From NCBI GenBank assembly GCA_963739455.1, contig CAVUAK010000001.1, forward strand, positions 1,440,001 to 1,504,000: a DNA stretch of 64,000 nt, read 5' to 3'. The translations under genes and the position numbers were made by a program. Shown piece by piece: positions 42,184 through 52,290 of the stretch (position 1 is its first letter; every line of letters starts with the position of its first letter). The notes under the pieces were generated by a model. The model saw only the letters and a program-made list of their open reading frames with translations. It had not been told where the DNA came from and made no database searches. Source of the stretch: an uncultured Gemmatimonadales bacterium. GTDB taxonomy: Bacteria > Gemmatimonadota > Gemmatimonadetes > Gemmatimonadales > GWC2-71-9.

Positions 42184-43845
42184 CTACTGGCGGCAGGGGG
42201 CGTTGGGATCGCCCTTCGGGCCGTTCAGTGCGGGGCGATGGTCGGCGTTGCCAATGAGCATGGCGGCGTTGTAGACCAGCTGGGTGACGCGGGCCATGTT
42301 CACGTAGTCGATGTACTGCGCCTCGTCGGTCACCTGGTGGTAGTCGAGGTGTTCACCGCGTGAGAACGCGACGGCGGGAATACCATAGCGGGCGTAGCTG
42401 TAGTGATCGGCCCGGCAGTAGTACTGCAGTGGATGGCCGGGCTGGTCGAAGGTGTAGTTGAAGACGAAGGGCAGCGGCAGTTCCGCGTTGGCGGCCTCCA
42501 GTTGTTCCCCGAATTGCACCGACAATCGCTTTGCGCCGATTACCTCGAGGTAGGTGGGCCCGCCCCCGGCCACCTCGAGGGCGCTGCCGCGTCCGATCAT
42601 GTCCTCGTCGATTTCCGCCACGATGCTGTCGAGCGGGACGGTCGGATGATCGGTGAACCACTTCGAGCCCACCAGGCCATACTCCTCACCGGTGTGGGAG
42701 ACGAAGAGGATGGAGCGCCGGGGTCGCGAGCCCGGGCGGCTGAGTGCCTGGGCCAGCACGATGAGTGATGCGGTGCCGCTCCCATCGTCGTCGGCGCCAT
42801 TCCTGATGGAATCGGGTCGCGCGGGGCGCAGTGCGCGCAGGCTATCGAGGATGTGCTGCACCTTGACCGCTTCCTCTGGGGTCGCGGCGCGCTCGGGACT
42901 GTCGGCGCCCATGAAGCGGACGACGGCGTTGTGGGCGCGGATGGAATCGTGCTCGACGAGCTGGCCGATGCCGACGTGGTCATTGTGGGCGGTCAGGGAG
43001 AGATACTCGCCCTTCAATTTCGGGTCGGAGCCGGGCAGCACGCCAATGACGTTGCGTGCAGGATACGTGGTGGGATCCTTCCGCACCGACGTGCTCGCTG
43101 CGACGTCCTGGCCTCCGCGACCCGGAGTCAACGTGCCAAGTGGGGCGCCAAAGAGGCGATCGGCACCGTCCGTTGAGACGATGAACAGCGGGGGCAGGGC
43201 GCTTTCGCGCGGGACGTCGACCATCAGCACGCCGCGCACCTGATCGCTGCGAACCGCGGGGTCGAGTAGGTCGAGCTGCGCCACCACCACCGCCATGGCG
43301 TCGTGCCAGCGCGGATGAGAGATCAGCGCAAAGGTGCGGACGTAGCTGCGGTCGCTGCCGCTGCCGACGCTCAGCACGACGACCTTCCCCTTCGCCTGGT
43401 CGGCGGTAATCCAGTGCGTGCTGTCGCGCGCATCGCCACCGTAGATCGCCGGCGTCGCGTCGAAGCTGCGGGGCCGGCTGGGGATCCAGGAGGCAGGAAT
43501 GAAGTCGACGCCGGCGCGCAGCACGGTGGTGCCCGCCGTCATCGTTCCCTTCGCGTCGAGACGCTGAATGACGAACGGCACCGACTGGAACCAGGTGCCG
43601 TTCTCGCCCGCCGGCTTGAGCCCTGCCTTCTTCCACTGGGCCGCGACGTATTCGGCGGTGAGGAAATTGCCCTTCGAGCCCGGGTCCCGCCCGCCCATCG
43701 AATCATCGGCGATGATGAAGAGCTGCGTGCGCAGGTTCTCGGGGGTGATGACGGTCGTGGCCTTCGGCGCCTGTGGCGATGCTGGGGTCACGGCAAGGAC
43801 GGTGGCAGCGGCGAGCAGCAGGCTGCCCCGGCGCAAGTCGGTCAC
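42184..43845 (-). CDS. M28 family metallopeptidase, secreted
   Basis: 'AHNDHVG', 'NGADDDGSG', 'GEEYGLVGS', 'DYHQVTDE'; GGAG site then GTG at 43845. Confidence 0.9.
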   Translation of the reverse strand: MTDLRRGSLLLAAATVLAVTPASPQAPKATTVITPENLRTQLFIIADDSMGGRDPGSKGNFLTAEYVAAQWKKAGLKPAGENGTWFQSVPFVIQRLDAKGTMTAGTTVLRAGVDFIPASWIPSRPRSFDATPAIYGGDARDSTHWITADQAKGKVVVLSVGSGSDRSYVRTFALISHPRWHDAMAVVVAQLDLLDPAVRSDQVRGVLMVDVPRESALPPLFIVSTDGADRLFGAPLGTLTPGRGGQDVAASTSVRKDPTTYPARNVIGVLPGSDPKLKGEYLSLTAHNDHVGIGQLVEHDSIRAHNAVVRFMGADSPERAATPEEAVKVQHILDSLRALRPARPDSIRNGADDDGSGTASLIVLAQALSRPGSRPRRSILFVSHTGEEYGLVGSKWFTDHPTVPLDSIVAEIDEDMIGRGSALEVAGGGPTYLEVIGAKRLSVQFGEQLEAANAELPLPFVFNYTFDQPGHPLQYYCRADHYSYARYGIPAVAFSRGEHLDYHQVTDEAQYIDYVNMARVTQLVYNAAMLIGNADHRPALNGPKGDPNAPCRQ

Positions 43846-43873
43846 GTGTGCTCCAATGTGGGTACGGGCTTGG

Positions 43874-44314
43874 TCACTCGCCAAACTGACGCAGGTGATG
43901 GTCGAAATGTTTCCACGCGATACGACCCCACTCCTTCCCGCTGAGCGGGCCGAAAGCCGGGTGCCGCCCGTTCGCCTTGCCGTGTCCCACCTCGGCGATG
44001 AGCCGCTCACAGGTGGCCATGTCGGCGGCCCAGGTCGTGGGCGCGGTGCTCAGCATCTCGGGTACCGTCTGCACCTTGCCGGGCGGGGCCTTCAGCGGGG
44101 AATTCACCACGATCCATTTCACGACGGTGCGCCGCATCAGGGAATCGCGATGCCGCCCAATGATGATGCCGGTCGCGATGCGGAGCTGGTCGGTGACATG
44201 ACAGAGCATCTTCCGCGCGGTGAGCGTGCCCCAGCGCGGCGCGCGATCGGGGGTGACGCGCCGGAGGCGAGCGACGATGGCGGTGCGATCACCTGCCGAG
44301 AGCAGCGTGGGCAT
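43874..44314 (-). CDS. DUF1569/DinB-superfamily protein
   Basis: 'WG.LT..KMLCH', 'HPAFGPLS..EWG', 'HFDHHLRQFG'. Confidence 0.85.
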   Translation of the reverse strand: MPTLLSAGDRTAIVARLRRVTPDRAPRWGTLTARKMLCHVTDQLRIATGIIIGRHRDSLMRRTVVKWIVVNSPLKAPPGKVQTVPEMLSTAPTTWAADMATCERLIAEVGHGKANGRHPAFGPLSGKEWGRIAWKHFDHHLRQFGE

Positions 44315-44326
44315 GGTGGGGCCGGG

Positions 44327-46193
44327 TCAGCGAATCTCGACTGTCTGTGATGCCATCGGGTCGCCGGAGTTCTCGACCAGCAGTGTCAGGCGCCGGGGCG
44401 GCCCGGCCTCGAACTCGAAGTCGTACGTCTCGCCCACGCTTGTGCGCACCGTGGCTTGAACTGGATTGTTGAGGCCGGGCGCCAGGGGGATCGCGTCCTT
44501 CGCGAGCGGGCGCCACACGACTGTCCCTGAGCTGTCGACCAGGGAGACGTCGCCGGTGTTGCTCTCGGTGATGTTGATGAGGCGCACGTGGTAGCGGTGG
44601 CCCGCCGCGAGCGTCAGCGTCGGTGGGTGCTGCTGCCCGTTGATCTCCAGCAACCCGGTGACGAAGAGATCGTTTCCTCCCACGATCCAGACGATCTCGT
44701 CCTCCGGCCTTCTCACCTCGCCGGGCTCCAGCACGATCAGGGCGCCGTAGAGACCCCCGCCCACCTGTTTCGTGGCCAGGTTGTGCGCGTGGTAGATGAA
44801 CGTGCCTGAACGCGGGGGCGTCATGCGCGCCACGAACGAGTCACCAGGGGCGATCATGGGGGCGAGCCGCGCCGCGGTTCCGCTCCAGCCGGGCACGCCA
44901 TCGTAGTAGCTGTCGAGCTCGATGCCATGCCAGTGCATGGCGGTAGGCTCGGAGAGGTGGTTCACGACGGTGATGGCAGCGGGCTCGCCGCGTGTCAGCA
45001 CGAGCGGGGCGCCGGGTGTGGCGGCGGGAATGCGTGGCGCTTCCCGCCTCCTCGAGCGATACCTGGAAGCGCTGTGCCACCGGACCCGGCTCAACCGCCA
45101 GGCGGACTTCCCTCGCGGATCGGGTCGCGGCCGGCGCAGCATCGGCACGGGTGGTGACATTGATGCCGAGCACGAGCCCGGCCATGTCGTCCATGTCGTG
45201 CTCGCCGTTCGCGCCAGGCCCGTGCGCCATCGAGCCCCGGTTCCTGGGGTAGTCGGCGCCCCAGGTCGAGTCCGGGGCAATGTGGAAGTGGATATGGCAG
45301 TGCATGAGCCACTGTCCCGCGCGCTCCGGCGACCATGTCATGGCCATTGTCGTGCCTTCATCCATTCGCTCGGTCACCACCTGCCGCTGCTGGTCCGGAG
45401 CGTAGACCGTATCGGTGATGCTCGTGCCTCGGCTGTCCACGCGATAGTAGAAGCCGTGCAGGTGCATCGGGTGATTGTCGTTCGTCGGGTTGATCCAGCG
45501 CCAGTGGATGGTGTCACCCACCGTGAGGTTGATGACGCTCGGTGTAGGGCCAGGACCGCCCGTTGATTGCGGTGGCGAAGGGCGCCGCTGGCGTGTTGGG
45601 CGGTGCCTTCGGGTCGGTAAGATCGTAGAGGCCGAGGACGAAGATGCGATCGGGGGGTACCGTCACCTTCGGCGGGGTCCACGATGAAGGCGCCAGAAAG
45701 CTGGCTGTCTTCCCCGTGGCGCTCCACGATCGGCTCACCGAACGTGGATGCCCAGTAGAAATAGGTGCCCGGCGCGCCCGCGGGGAAGGTGATCTCGCGC
45801 GTTGCGCCGGGGGCAACCTGCACCGTGTCGTCGGTAGTGGACGGGATGGGTGTGCAGCCCGTGCACGATGAGCGGCAGGGTGTCGAGACGATTCACCAGG
45901 CGCACGCGAATGGTGGTTCCCGACCGCACGCGGATGAGCGGCCCCGGAATTGTCGGTGCCTGGCCTGGTTCACCGAACGCGGCCACCAACAGCGCCGTGG
46001 CGCGACGATCCTTGTCAGGATACCAGCTGCCCATGCGCGCCTCGAGCGTCACCGTCAGCGTGCCGCCGGCGAGGCGTCCAGCCGATGCGAGGTTGTCGTT
46101 GGCGCCAACGACGGGAAGGGCAGTGCCTGGTGCGCCGGTCATCCCGGTCAGGGCCAGCACGAGGAGCACCGACGATGCAGCTGCGCGGGGCAT
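44327..46193 (-). CDS. Multicopper oxidase with atypical motif order, several frameshifts
   Basis: 'PGPLIRV', 'HPMHLHG', 'WLMHCHIHFH', 'HWHG', 'YHAH', 'VGETYDF'. Confidence 0.85.
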
Positions 46194-46310
46194 GGGGATC
46201 CCGAAGAAGTGGTGGCCAATAGTGGCGCCCCGGCCACGACCGAGCCAGTCCCCGGCACGCCGAGGCGATATCTTCCGGCAGGTTCCCTGGCTCGCACCCC
46301 GGAGGCATTG

Positions 46311-48216
46311 ATGTCCTGCTCGATCGGCAGCCGCGTCGCGGCCGCCCTGTTCGCCGCGTTGTTCATCGCCCAGCCCCTTGCCGCGCAGGCGACGAGCCCC
46401 ATGGCCCGTCAGCAGGCCGGCATCGTCGCTCCCTCGGACGTGCGCCTCGCCTCGGGCCGGCCGGGTCCGGGCTACTGGCAGCAGCGCGCCGACTACAGGA
46501 TCGAGGCGACGCTCGATCCCGCCCGCGAGACCCTGCACGGCAGCGAGCGGATCACCTATCGCAACAATGCGCCCGAGAGCCTGCCGCATCTCTGGATGCA
46601 CGTCGAGCAGAACATCTGCGCCCGGGAAAGCCTCACGAACCAGCTCAACCAGCCGCCGCTCGTCTTCCTGAGCACCGCCTTCGACTTTTCCTGCCAGGGC
46701 TTCAACGGGGGGCTGGTGCTCGAGTCGGTGAAGGTGAACGGCGCCGACGCGACCTACCTCGTTACCGGCACCACGATGCGGGTCGATCTCGCGCGACCAC
46801 TTCCCTCCGGCGGCACCCTCGCCATCGACATCGTCTGGCACTTCAACGTTCCGCCCTACGGCGCCGGACGCATGGGCCACGACGGCACGCTCTACGAGCT
46901 GGGCCAGTGGTACCCGCGCATGGCGGTGTACGACGACGTGAAGGGCTGGAACATGGAGCCGTACATCGGGGGCGGCGAGTTCTATCTCGAGTATGGCAAG
47001 TTCGACGTCACCCTCACGGTGCCGTTCGACTACATCGTCGCGGCCACCGGCACGCTCCGGAATCCCGATGACGTGCTGACGCCGGCGCAGCGCGAGCGAC
47101 TGGCGCGCGCGAAGACGAGCACCACGCCCATCGCCATCATCGGCGACGAAGTGGGCACCGGCGCCACCCGGCCCGAGACGGTGGGCACCCAGGTGTGGCG
47201 CTTCAGCGCCGACTCCGTGCGCGACTTCGCCTTTGCCGCGGCACCCGACTTCCGCTGGGACGCGAGCGGCTACGACGGCATCCTGATCCACACCTTCTAT
47301 CGCCCGACCGCCGACACGCTGGCCCGAGGCCAACAAGATGGCCCGCGAGGCGGTGAAGTACTTCAGCGAGCAGTGGTTGAAGTATCCCTACCCGCAGATG
47401 TCGAGCGTCGAGGGGCCGATCGAGGGCATGGAGTACCCGATGATCACCTTCGATCCGGCGGGCCCGAGCCGCGAGGAGCTGCAGTGGGTGGTGGCGCACG
47501 AGATCGGGCACCAGTGGTCGCCGATGGTCGTGGGCGCCAACGAGCGGCTCTATCCCTGGATGGACGAGGGGTTCAACACCTTCATCGACCTCGCCAACAC
47601 CGCGAAGTACTTCGCCGGCACGCCCTACGGCGACTCGATCGAGGTGCACCCGCTGCACCTCTACCAGGACCACGCCGTCGAGGGTCAGGAACAGCCGCTC
47701 ATCACGCGACCGGTGGAGAGCCGCGACCTCTTCTGGACCGGGTACCAGAAGCCGGCGCTCATGATGCAGACGCTGCGCTACCAGGTGCTGGGCAAGGACG
47801 TCTTCGACCCCGCCTTCCGCGACTACCTGCGCACCTGGGCCTTCAAGCACCCGACGCCGTCCGACTTCTTCCGGATCATGCGCGACAACAGCGGCGTCGA
47901 GCTCGACTGGTTCTGGAATGACTGGGTCTATGGCACGACGCGACCCGATATCGCAGTGGAGGGAATCGACAACGGCGAGAAGGGCGCGACCGTCACCCTG
48001 GTCAACAAGGGCACGATGCAGCTCCCCATCCTGCTGAGGCTCACCTTCTCCGACGGCAGCGTGGAAAACGTGAAGCTGCCGGTGGAGGCGTGGAACCTGG
48101 GGCCGACCTTTGTCTACCGGGTGAAGAACGGGAAGCGGGTGGTGCGGGCGGAAGTGGACCCGGAGCAGCAGCTGCCGGACACCGATCGCACCAACAACGG
48201 AAGGGAATTGCGCTAG
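46311..48216 (+). CDS. M1 family aminopeptidase, frameshift near 47320
   Basis: 'YWQQRADY', 'GMEYPM', 'HEIGH...WMDEG'. Confidence 0.9.
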
Positions 48217-48225
48217 CGCCCCGCC

Positions 48226-49119
48226 TCAGCGCGAGGCGGACGTCGTCTCGGCGAGCTTGCTGAACGCAGCCAGCACCACCGCTGGCTGCTCCTCGTGGAT
48301 GTACTGCCCCGAGCCCGCCACAAGCTCGACGCTGAAGTCGGGGATCTGGCTCGTCATCAGCGCGATCTCGTCATCCTTCACCGAGCTCTTGTGCGGCGCC
48401 GTGCCCACCAGCAGGCGCACCGGCACCTGGGTCTCATGCAGCCGCGCGCTCAGCGACTCCGGCTCATTCACCTTCGACATCCGCCTCAGCCCGTCGATCG
48501 TGCCGTCGACATCGGCGGCCTGCCCCGCGGTGTACTCATCCACCACATACTCGGTGACCCAGGTGGTGTCGCCCGAGTTCGCCACCATCTCGGACTTCAC
48601 TTTTCCGTGCAGCATGCCCTTGGTGACGAACAGCTTGGTGAGGAATCCGCCGTACTTGAGCGACCGCTTGAGGCCGGGCGTCGCCGGCGTTTCCGCGGGG
48701 CCACCGTCGATCGACAACACGCCCCGCACCAGGTCCGGCCGGCGATACGCCAGCCGCAGCGCGATCGACCCCGCCGTCGACTGGGCCACGAGGATGGCGT
48801 GGGTCACGCCGAGCGTATCGAGCACCTGGCCGATGCGATCGGTCTGCGCCGTGAAGGAGTAGTCGGCCTTGTTCGGGTGCGATGAGAAGCCGAAGCCGAG
48901 CGGCTCGACCACGATGCAGCGGAAACCGAGTTCCGACAGTGGCCCGGTGAGGTGCCGGTAGCCGAATGCACCACCGAAGATGGCCGCGATGAAGACGACC
49001 GGCTGTGCGCCGTCGCCGATCGTGGTGGTGCGGATGGTTTCGCCGGAGCCGAGCGACACGTCACGGATGACGGGCGGATGACTGGCAGTCGCAAGCTGGA
49101 ACAGGGCAAGGAGAAGCAT
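48226..49119 (-). CDS. Alpha/beta-fold hydrolase, secreted
   Basis: 'PLGFGFS', nucleophile elbow 'AQSTAG', C-terminal 'GQYIHEEQP'. Confidence 0.83.
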   Translation of the reverse strand: MLLLALFQLATASHPPVIRDVSLGSGETIRTTTIGDGAQPVVFIAAIFGGAFGYRHLTGPLSELGFRCIVVEPLGFGFSSHPNKADYSFTAQTDRIGQVLDTLGVTHAILVAQSTAGSIALRLAYRRPDLVRGVLSIDGGPAETPATPGLKRSLKYGGFLTKLFVTKGMLHGKVKSEMVANSGDTTWVTEYVVDEYTAGQAADVDGTIDGLRRMSKVNEPESLSARLHETQVPVRLLVGTAPHKSSVKDDEIALMTSQIPDFSVELVAGSGQYIHEEQPAVVLAAFSKLAETTSASR

Positions 49120-49130
49120 TGGGAAAGATA

Positions 49131-49183
49131 CCCCCGTTTCCCGTTCCCCGGGTCCTCATTCCCGCTATCCTCTTCCCCCTGTT
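49131..49183 (-). repeat. Degenerate GGGAAC-type heptamer tract on the minus strand
   Basis: cccgttt cccgttc ccc...ccctgttc. Confidence 0.55.
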
Positions 49184-49857
49184 CAGAGAACCGCGAACGC
49201 CCTCACCGGAAAGGTCCCGAAGCCCGCCACTTTCACCGGTACCGCAAAGAACTTCGAGCCGCGCTCCGGGATCCGTGCCAGGTTGCACATGTGCTCCACG
49301 ATCGGGATGTCGTGGCCCAGCAGGATCGAGTGCACCGGCCGTTCCCCGGTGCTGATGCTGTCGATGTTGAACGAGTCGATGCCCACGAGCACCGCACCCG
49401 ACGCAACCAGCCACTCCGCCAGCTCGCCGGTGAGGTGCGGATGGTTCTCGAAGTACGGGTCGGTGCGCCAGTGGCGGTCCCAGCCTGTATGCACCAGCAC
49501 CGCTCGGCCCCGCACGTCGCGCTCGGTCAGGTCGAGGCGATCGATCACGGGCCCGCGGCCCTCCGCCACTCGAACCACCACGCAATCAAGATTCGCCAGC
49601 GACTCGAGCGGCAGCGCCGCGAGGTCCTTTCCATCGGGATACCGGTGAAAGGGACTGTCGACATAGGTGCCGGTATTGGCCACCATCTCGATCTTCCCGA
49701 TCTGGAACTCGGTGCCGGGCGCATAGCGCTCGCGCGACGCCGCCCGGCTCAGGTAGTCACAGATGACAGGTGCTGGCAGGCCCTTGTAGGTGATCATGCC
49801 GTGCTCGACCGTGTGACTGACATCGACGAGACGTGCAGCAGGAGGGATCTGCGTCAT
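49183..49857 (-). CDS. Cyclase family (kynurenine formamidase-like) protein
   Basis: 'NTGTYVDSPFH', 'VGID', 'HSILL..IPIVEH', 'FPVRAFA'. Confidence 0.88.
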   Translation of the reverse strand: MTQIPPAARLVDVSHTVEHGMITYKGLPAPVICDYLSRAASRERYAPGTEFQIGKIEMVANTGTYVDSPFHRYPDGKDLAALPLESLANLDCVVVRVAEGRGPVIDRLDLTERDVRGRAVLVHTGWDRHWRTDPYFENHPHLTGELAEWLVASGAVLVGIDSFNIDSISTGERPVHSILLGHDIPIVEHMCNLARIPERGSKFFAVPVKVAGFGTFPVRAFAVL

Positions 49858-50276
49858 GGGCCGCTCCAGGCAAGGGACGCTGTCGCCGCGCCGAGTAGCA
49901 GCGCAATGGGAGAGAAGTACCTGGTGTCGAGCACCGCGAAGCGGGTGTCGCGCACCTTCTTGAAGAAGCCGATGTAGCGGAAGTCGCCCACCGACCGGGC
50001 CAGCATCACCACGGCGATGACCGGTACGCCGAGTGTCACCATCCACCGTGGCAGGAGCATGCCGGGCCCGCGTCCCGCATGGGCAAGCACCAGCAGCGCC
50101 GCAGACGCGAGCAGCCCGGCCACTACGAGCGTGCTCGTGAGGCCGGGCTGGAACAACGGTGCGCCATCACGCTCGGGGAGCACGGCGACGGCGCCGGAGC
50201 GCCCGCCAAGGGCCCAATAGATGTGCAGTGCGGCAAGGAGGGCGAATGCAGTGGCAACGGGTATCGAGAGATCCAT
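49854..50276 (-). CDS. DUF3995-like membrane protein
   Basis: 'LHIYWALGG', 'RSVGDFRYIGFFK..DT.FA.LDTRYFSP'. Confidence 0.8.
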   Translation of the reverse strand: MDLSIPVATAFALLAALHIYWALGGRSGAVAVLPERDGAPLFQPGLTSTLVVAGLLASAALLVLAHAGRGPGMLLPRWMVTLGVPVIAVVMLARSVGDFRYIGFFKKVRDTRFAVLDTRYFSPIALLLGAATASLAWSGP

Positions 50277-50295
50277 CACCGGCACCCGCGTAGCG

Positions 50296-50622
50296 TCAGT
50301 AACCGGTGTTGTGGAACGCCTTGATGAGGTCGGGTAGGTCGGAAGGATCGGCCTGCAGCAATCTCCCCGTCGGCGACACGTAGATGGTGACATTGCTGGC
50401 GCCCGGCAGCCGGGTCGGGCCGAAGGCAAACTTCCATGCCTTGGGGTGATCCTTCCGGTTCGGCATGCCGTCCCAGAGGAAGTTGACCGAGCGCTTCCCC
50501 ATGTCGGGAGGCGGGGCGCCGAGCGCGTCGCCCACCGCAAGGTAGGCGACGCCGAACGAGGCACCGGCCAGGAGCGCGCCGACGATGGCGGTCATGAAGG
50601 CAAGCCAGATCAGACGGGCCAT
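50296..50622 (-). CDS. Hypothetical membrane-anchored protein
   Basis: N-terminal TM; typical codon usage; in line with neighbours. Confidence 0.7.
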   Translation of the reverse strand: MARLIWLAFMTAIVGALLAGASFGVAYLAVGDALGAPPPDMGKRSVNFLWDGMPNRKDHPKAWKFAFGPTRLPGASNVTIYVSPTGRLLQADPSDLPDLIKAFHNTGY

Positions 50623-50682
50623 GGCTATCGGCCCCCTTCACGAGCGCATCGCATGCAGGTCCTGTCGCAGGGGTAATCCCCG

Positions 50683-51637
50683 TTACTCGAAGGGGATCTT
50701 CTGCTTGTTCTGTGCCAGCCACTGGGAAAATGTCTGAATCGAAGGGTTGAGCCGTCGCGACAGGGCCACACTTCGCGCCTCGCTGAACACGTCGGCGAAG
50801 TCATGGTACATCTGGAACATGTTGCCCAGCTCGTCAGCGCCTGGGAAGCCGAAGGAGCGGTAGGCTGTCGGGCGGTACAGGCTGGTATCGCACATTCCGG
50901 CCGAGTGCCTTGGAAAGCTCGGCGGCCATTTCAGTGCCAGTCAGCTGTTCGCCTGCGATCCCCACGTTCTTGCCGATGAATTCCTTCCCCGCCTTGAAGA
51001 TGCCGTACGCGACCTTGCCAATGTCCTCGGCCCCGATGCCGGCGAAGCTTCTGCTCCCCCATCGGCATTACGAGGTTATAGCTGCCGTCTTCACCCCGGT
51101 TCTGGCCGATGCCGAACCCGACCAGGTTCTCCCAGTAGAATGCGGCCAGCAGGTACGTGGTCGGAACGCCCGGAGTCACGGAACGCCTGGTCCGCCTCGG
51201 CCTTTGCGTCGAAGTGCGGCACTTTCCACTTGCCCAACAACGTCGGCATGCGGTTGTCGCTGAGGGGGATGAAACTGCGGCTGTCCTCCAGGGTTGACCA
51301 GATCGCATGCTGGACCCCCGCCGCCTTTGCCGCCTTCGCCATCGCCGTGGCCTGGGCGATCTCGCGGTCCGGCGAGAGGTGCTCCCAGAAGGGAGTGACG
51401 CAGAAGGCCCCGTGAGCGTTGCGGAACGCGCTCGTCATGCTTTTCTCGTCATCGATGTCGCCAGCGATCACCTCGACGCCCGGCAGCGCTCAGCGCCTTG
51501 GCATTGTCAGAATTGGTATTGCGCGTAATGGCGCGCGCGGCGAAAGGGCCGCCCTTGTCAGCCAGGATGGCGCGCACCAGCCCGCCGCCCTGCGCACCGG
51601 TAGCGCCCACCACGGCGATGATCTTCTTGTCACCCAC
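50683..51637 (-). CDS. NmrA/HSCARG family protein, frameshifted
   Basis: 'VVGATGAQGG', 'VPHFDAK', 'GFPGADELGNMFQ'. Confidence 0.88.
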
Positions 51638-51675
51638 GAGAAACTCCTTGTCTGTCGTTCACTCTAACATACCCT

Positions 51676-51759
51676 GACTCACGACTCACGACTCACGACT
51701 CACGACTCACGACTCACGACTCACGACTCACGACTCACGACTCACGACTCACGACTGAC
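51676..51759 (-). repeat. (GACTCAC)11 plus one variant; the AGTCGTG family on the minus strand
   Basis: 11 perfect units at 51676-51752, then GACTGAC. Confidence 0.97.
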
Positions 51760-52187
51760 GACTTCTTCACTACCGCCACCAGCATCAGCATCAGGTTCAC
51801 CACGGCCGACGCCGCACCGAGCATGATCAGCACCCGAGCCACGCGACGCAGCAGGCTCAGGCGCAGCACGCCGATGCCGACCAGCACGATCTTGGCCGCA
51901 AGCAGCGCCGCCGCGGCCGAGAACAGGAACAGCTGCAGCAGGAGCAATGGCCGCACGCCCATGCCCGCGTACAACCAGTAGAACGCCACCGCCACCAGCA
52001 GCCACGCCAGCAGGCCGGTGCGCGTGGTCTGGCCCAGGGGCAACTCCCGGATCAGCGGCACCGCCAGCATATAGAGCGCGAGGAGCCACAGCACCAGCCT
52101 GAAGCTCGCCCTCCAGAGCGCGGCGGCACTCTCGCGCTGGTCGGGGCCGGGCGGGGTCGTCACGTTGGCAGGTCCTGGGGATGTCAT
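51735..52187 (-). CDS. Hypothetical membrane protein (about 4 TM)
   Basis: Four hydrophobic segments; stop codon lies inside the repeat. Confidence 0.72.
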   Translation of the reverse strand: MTSPGPANVTTPPGPDQRESAAALWRASFRLVLWLLALYMLAVPLIRELPLGQTTRTGLLAWLLVAVAFYWLYAGMGVRPLLLLQLFLFSAAAALLAAKIVLVGIGVLRLSLLRRVARVLIMLGAASAVVNLMLMLVAVVKKSSVVSRES

Positions 52188-52290
52188 GCTTGAGAGTCGT
52201 GCGCGGGACCGCTGGCGTCAAGCGCGGCACCAGCAACGGCGCGCTGCACGTCACGACATGATACCATTCGCATCATCGCTGGAGTCGCCT

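Noticed and set aside
51676..51759. CRISPR array (also considered for the 21-mers at 4646 and 22477)
   Set aside because: Units are contiguous with no unique spacers, and no cas genes are present.
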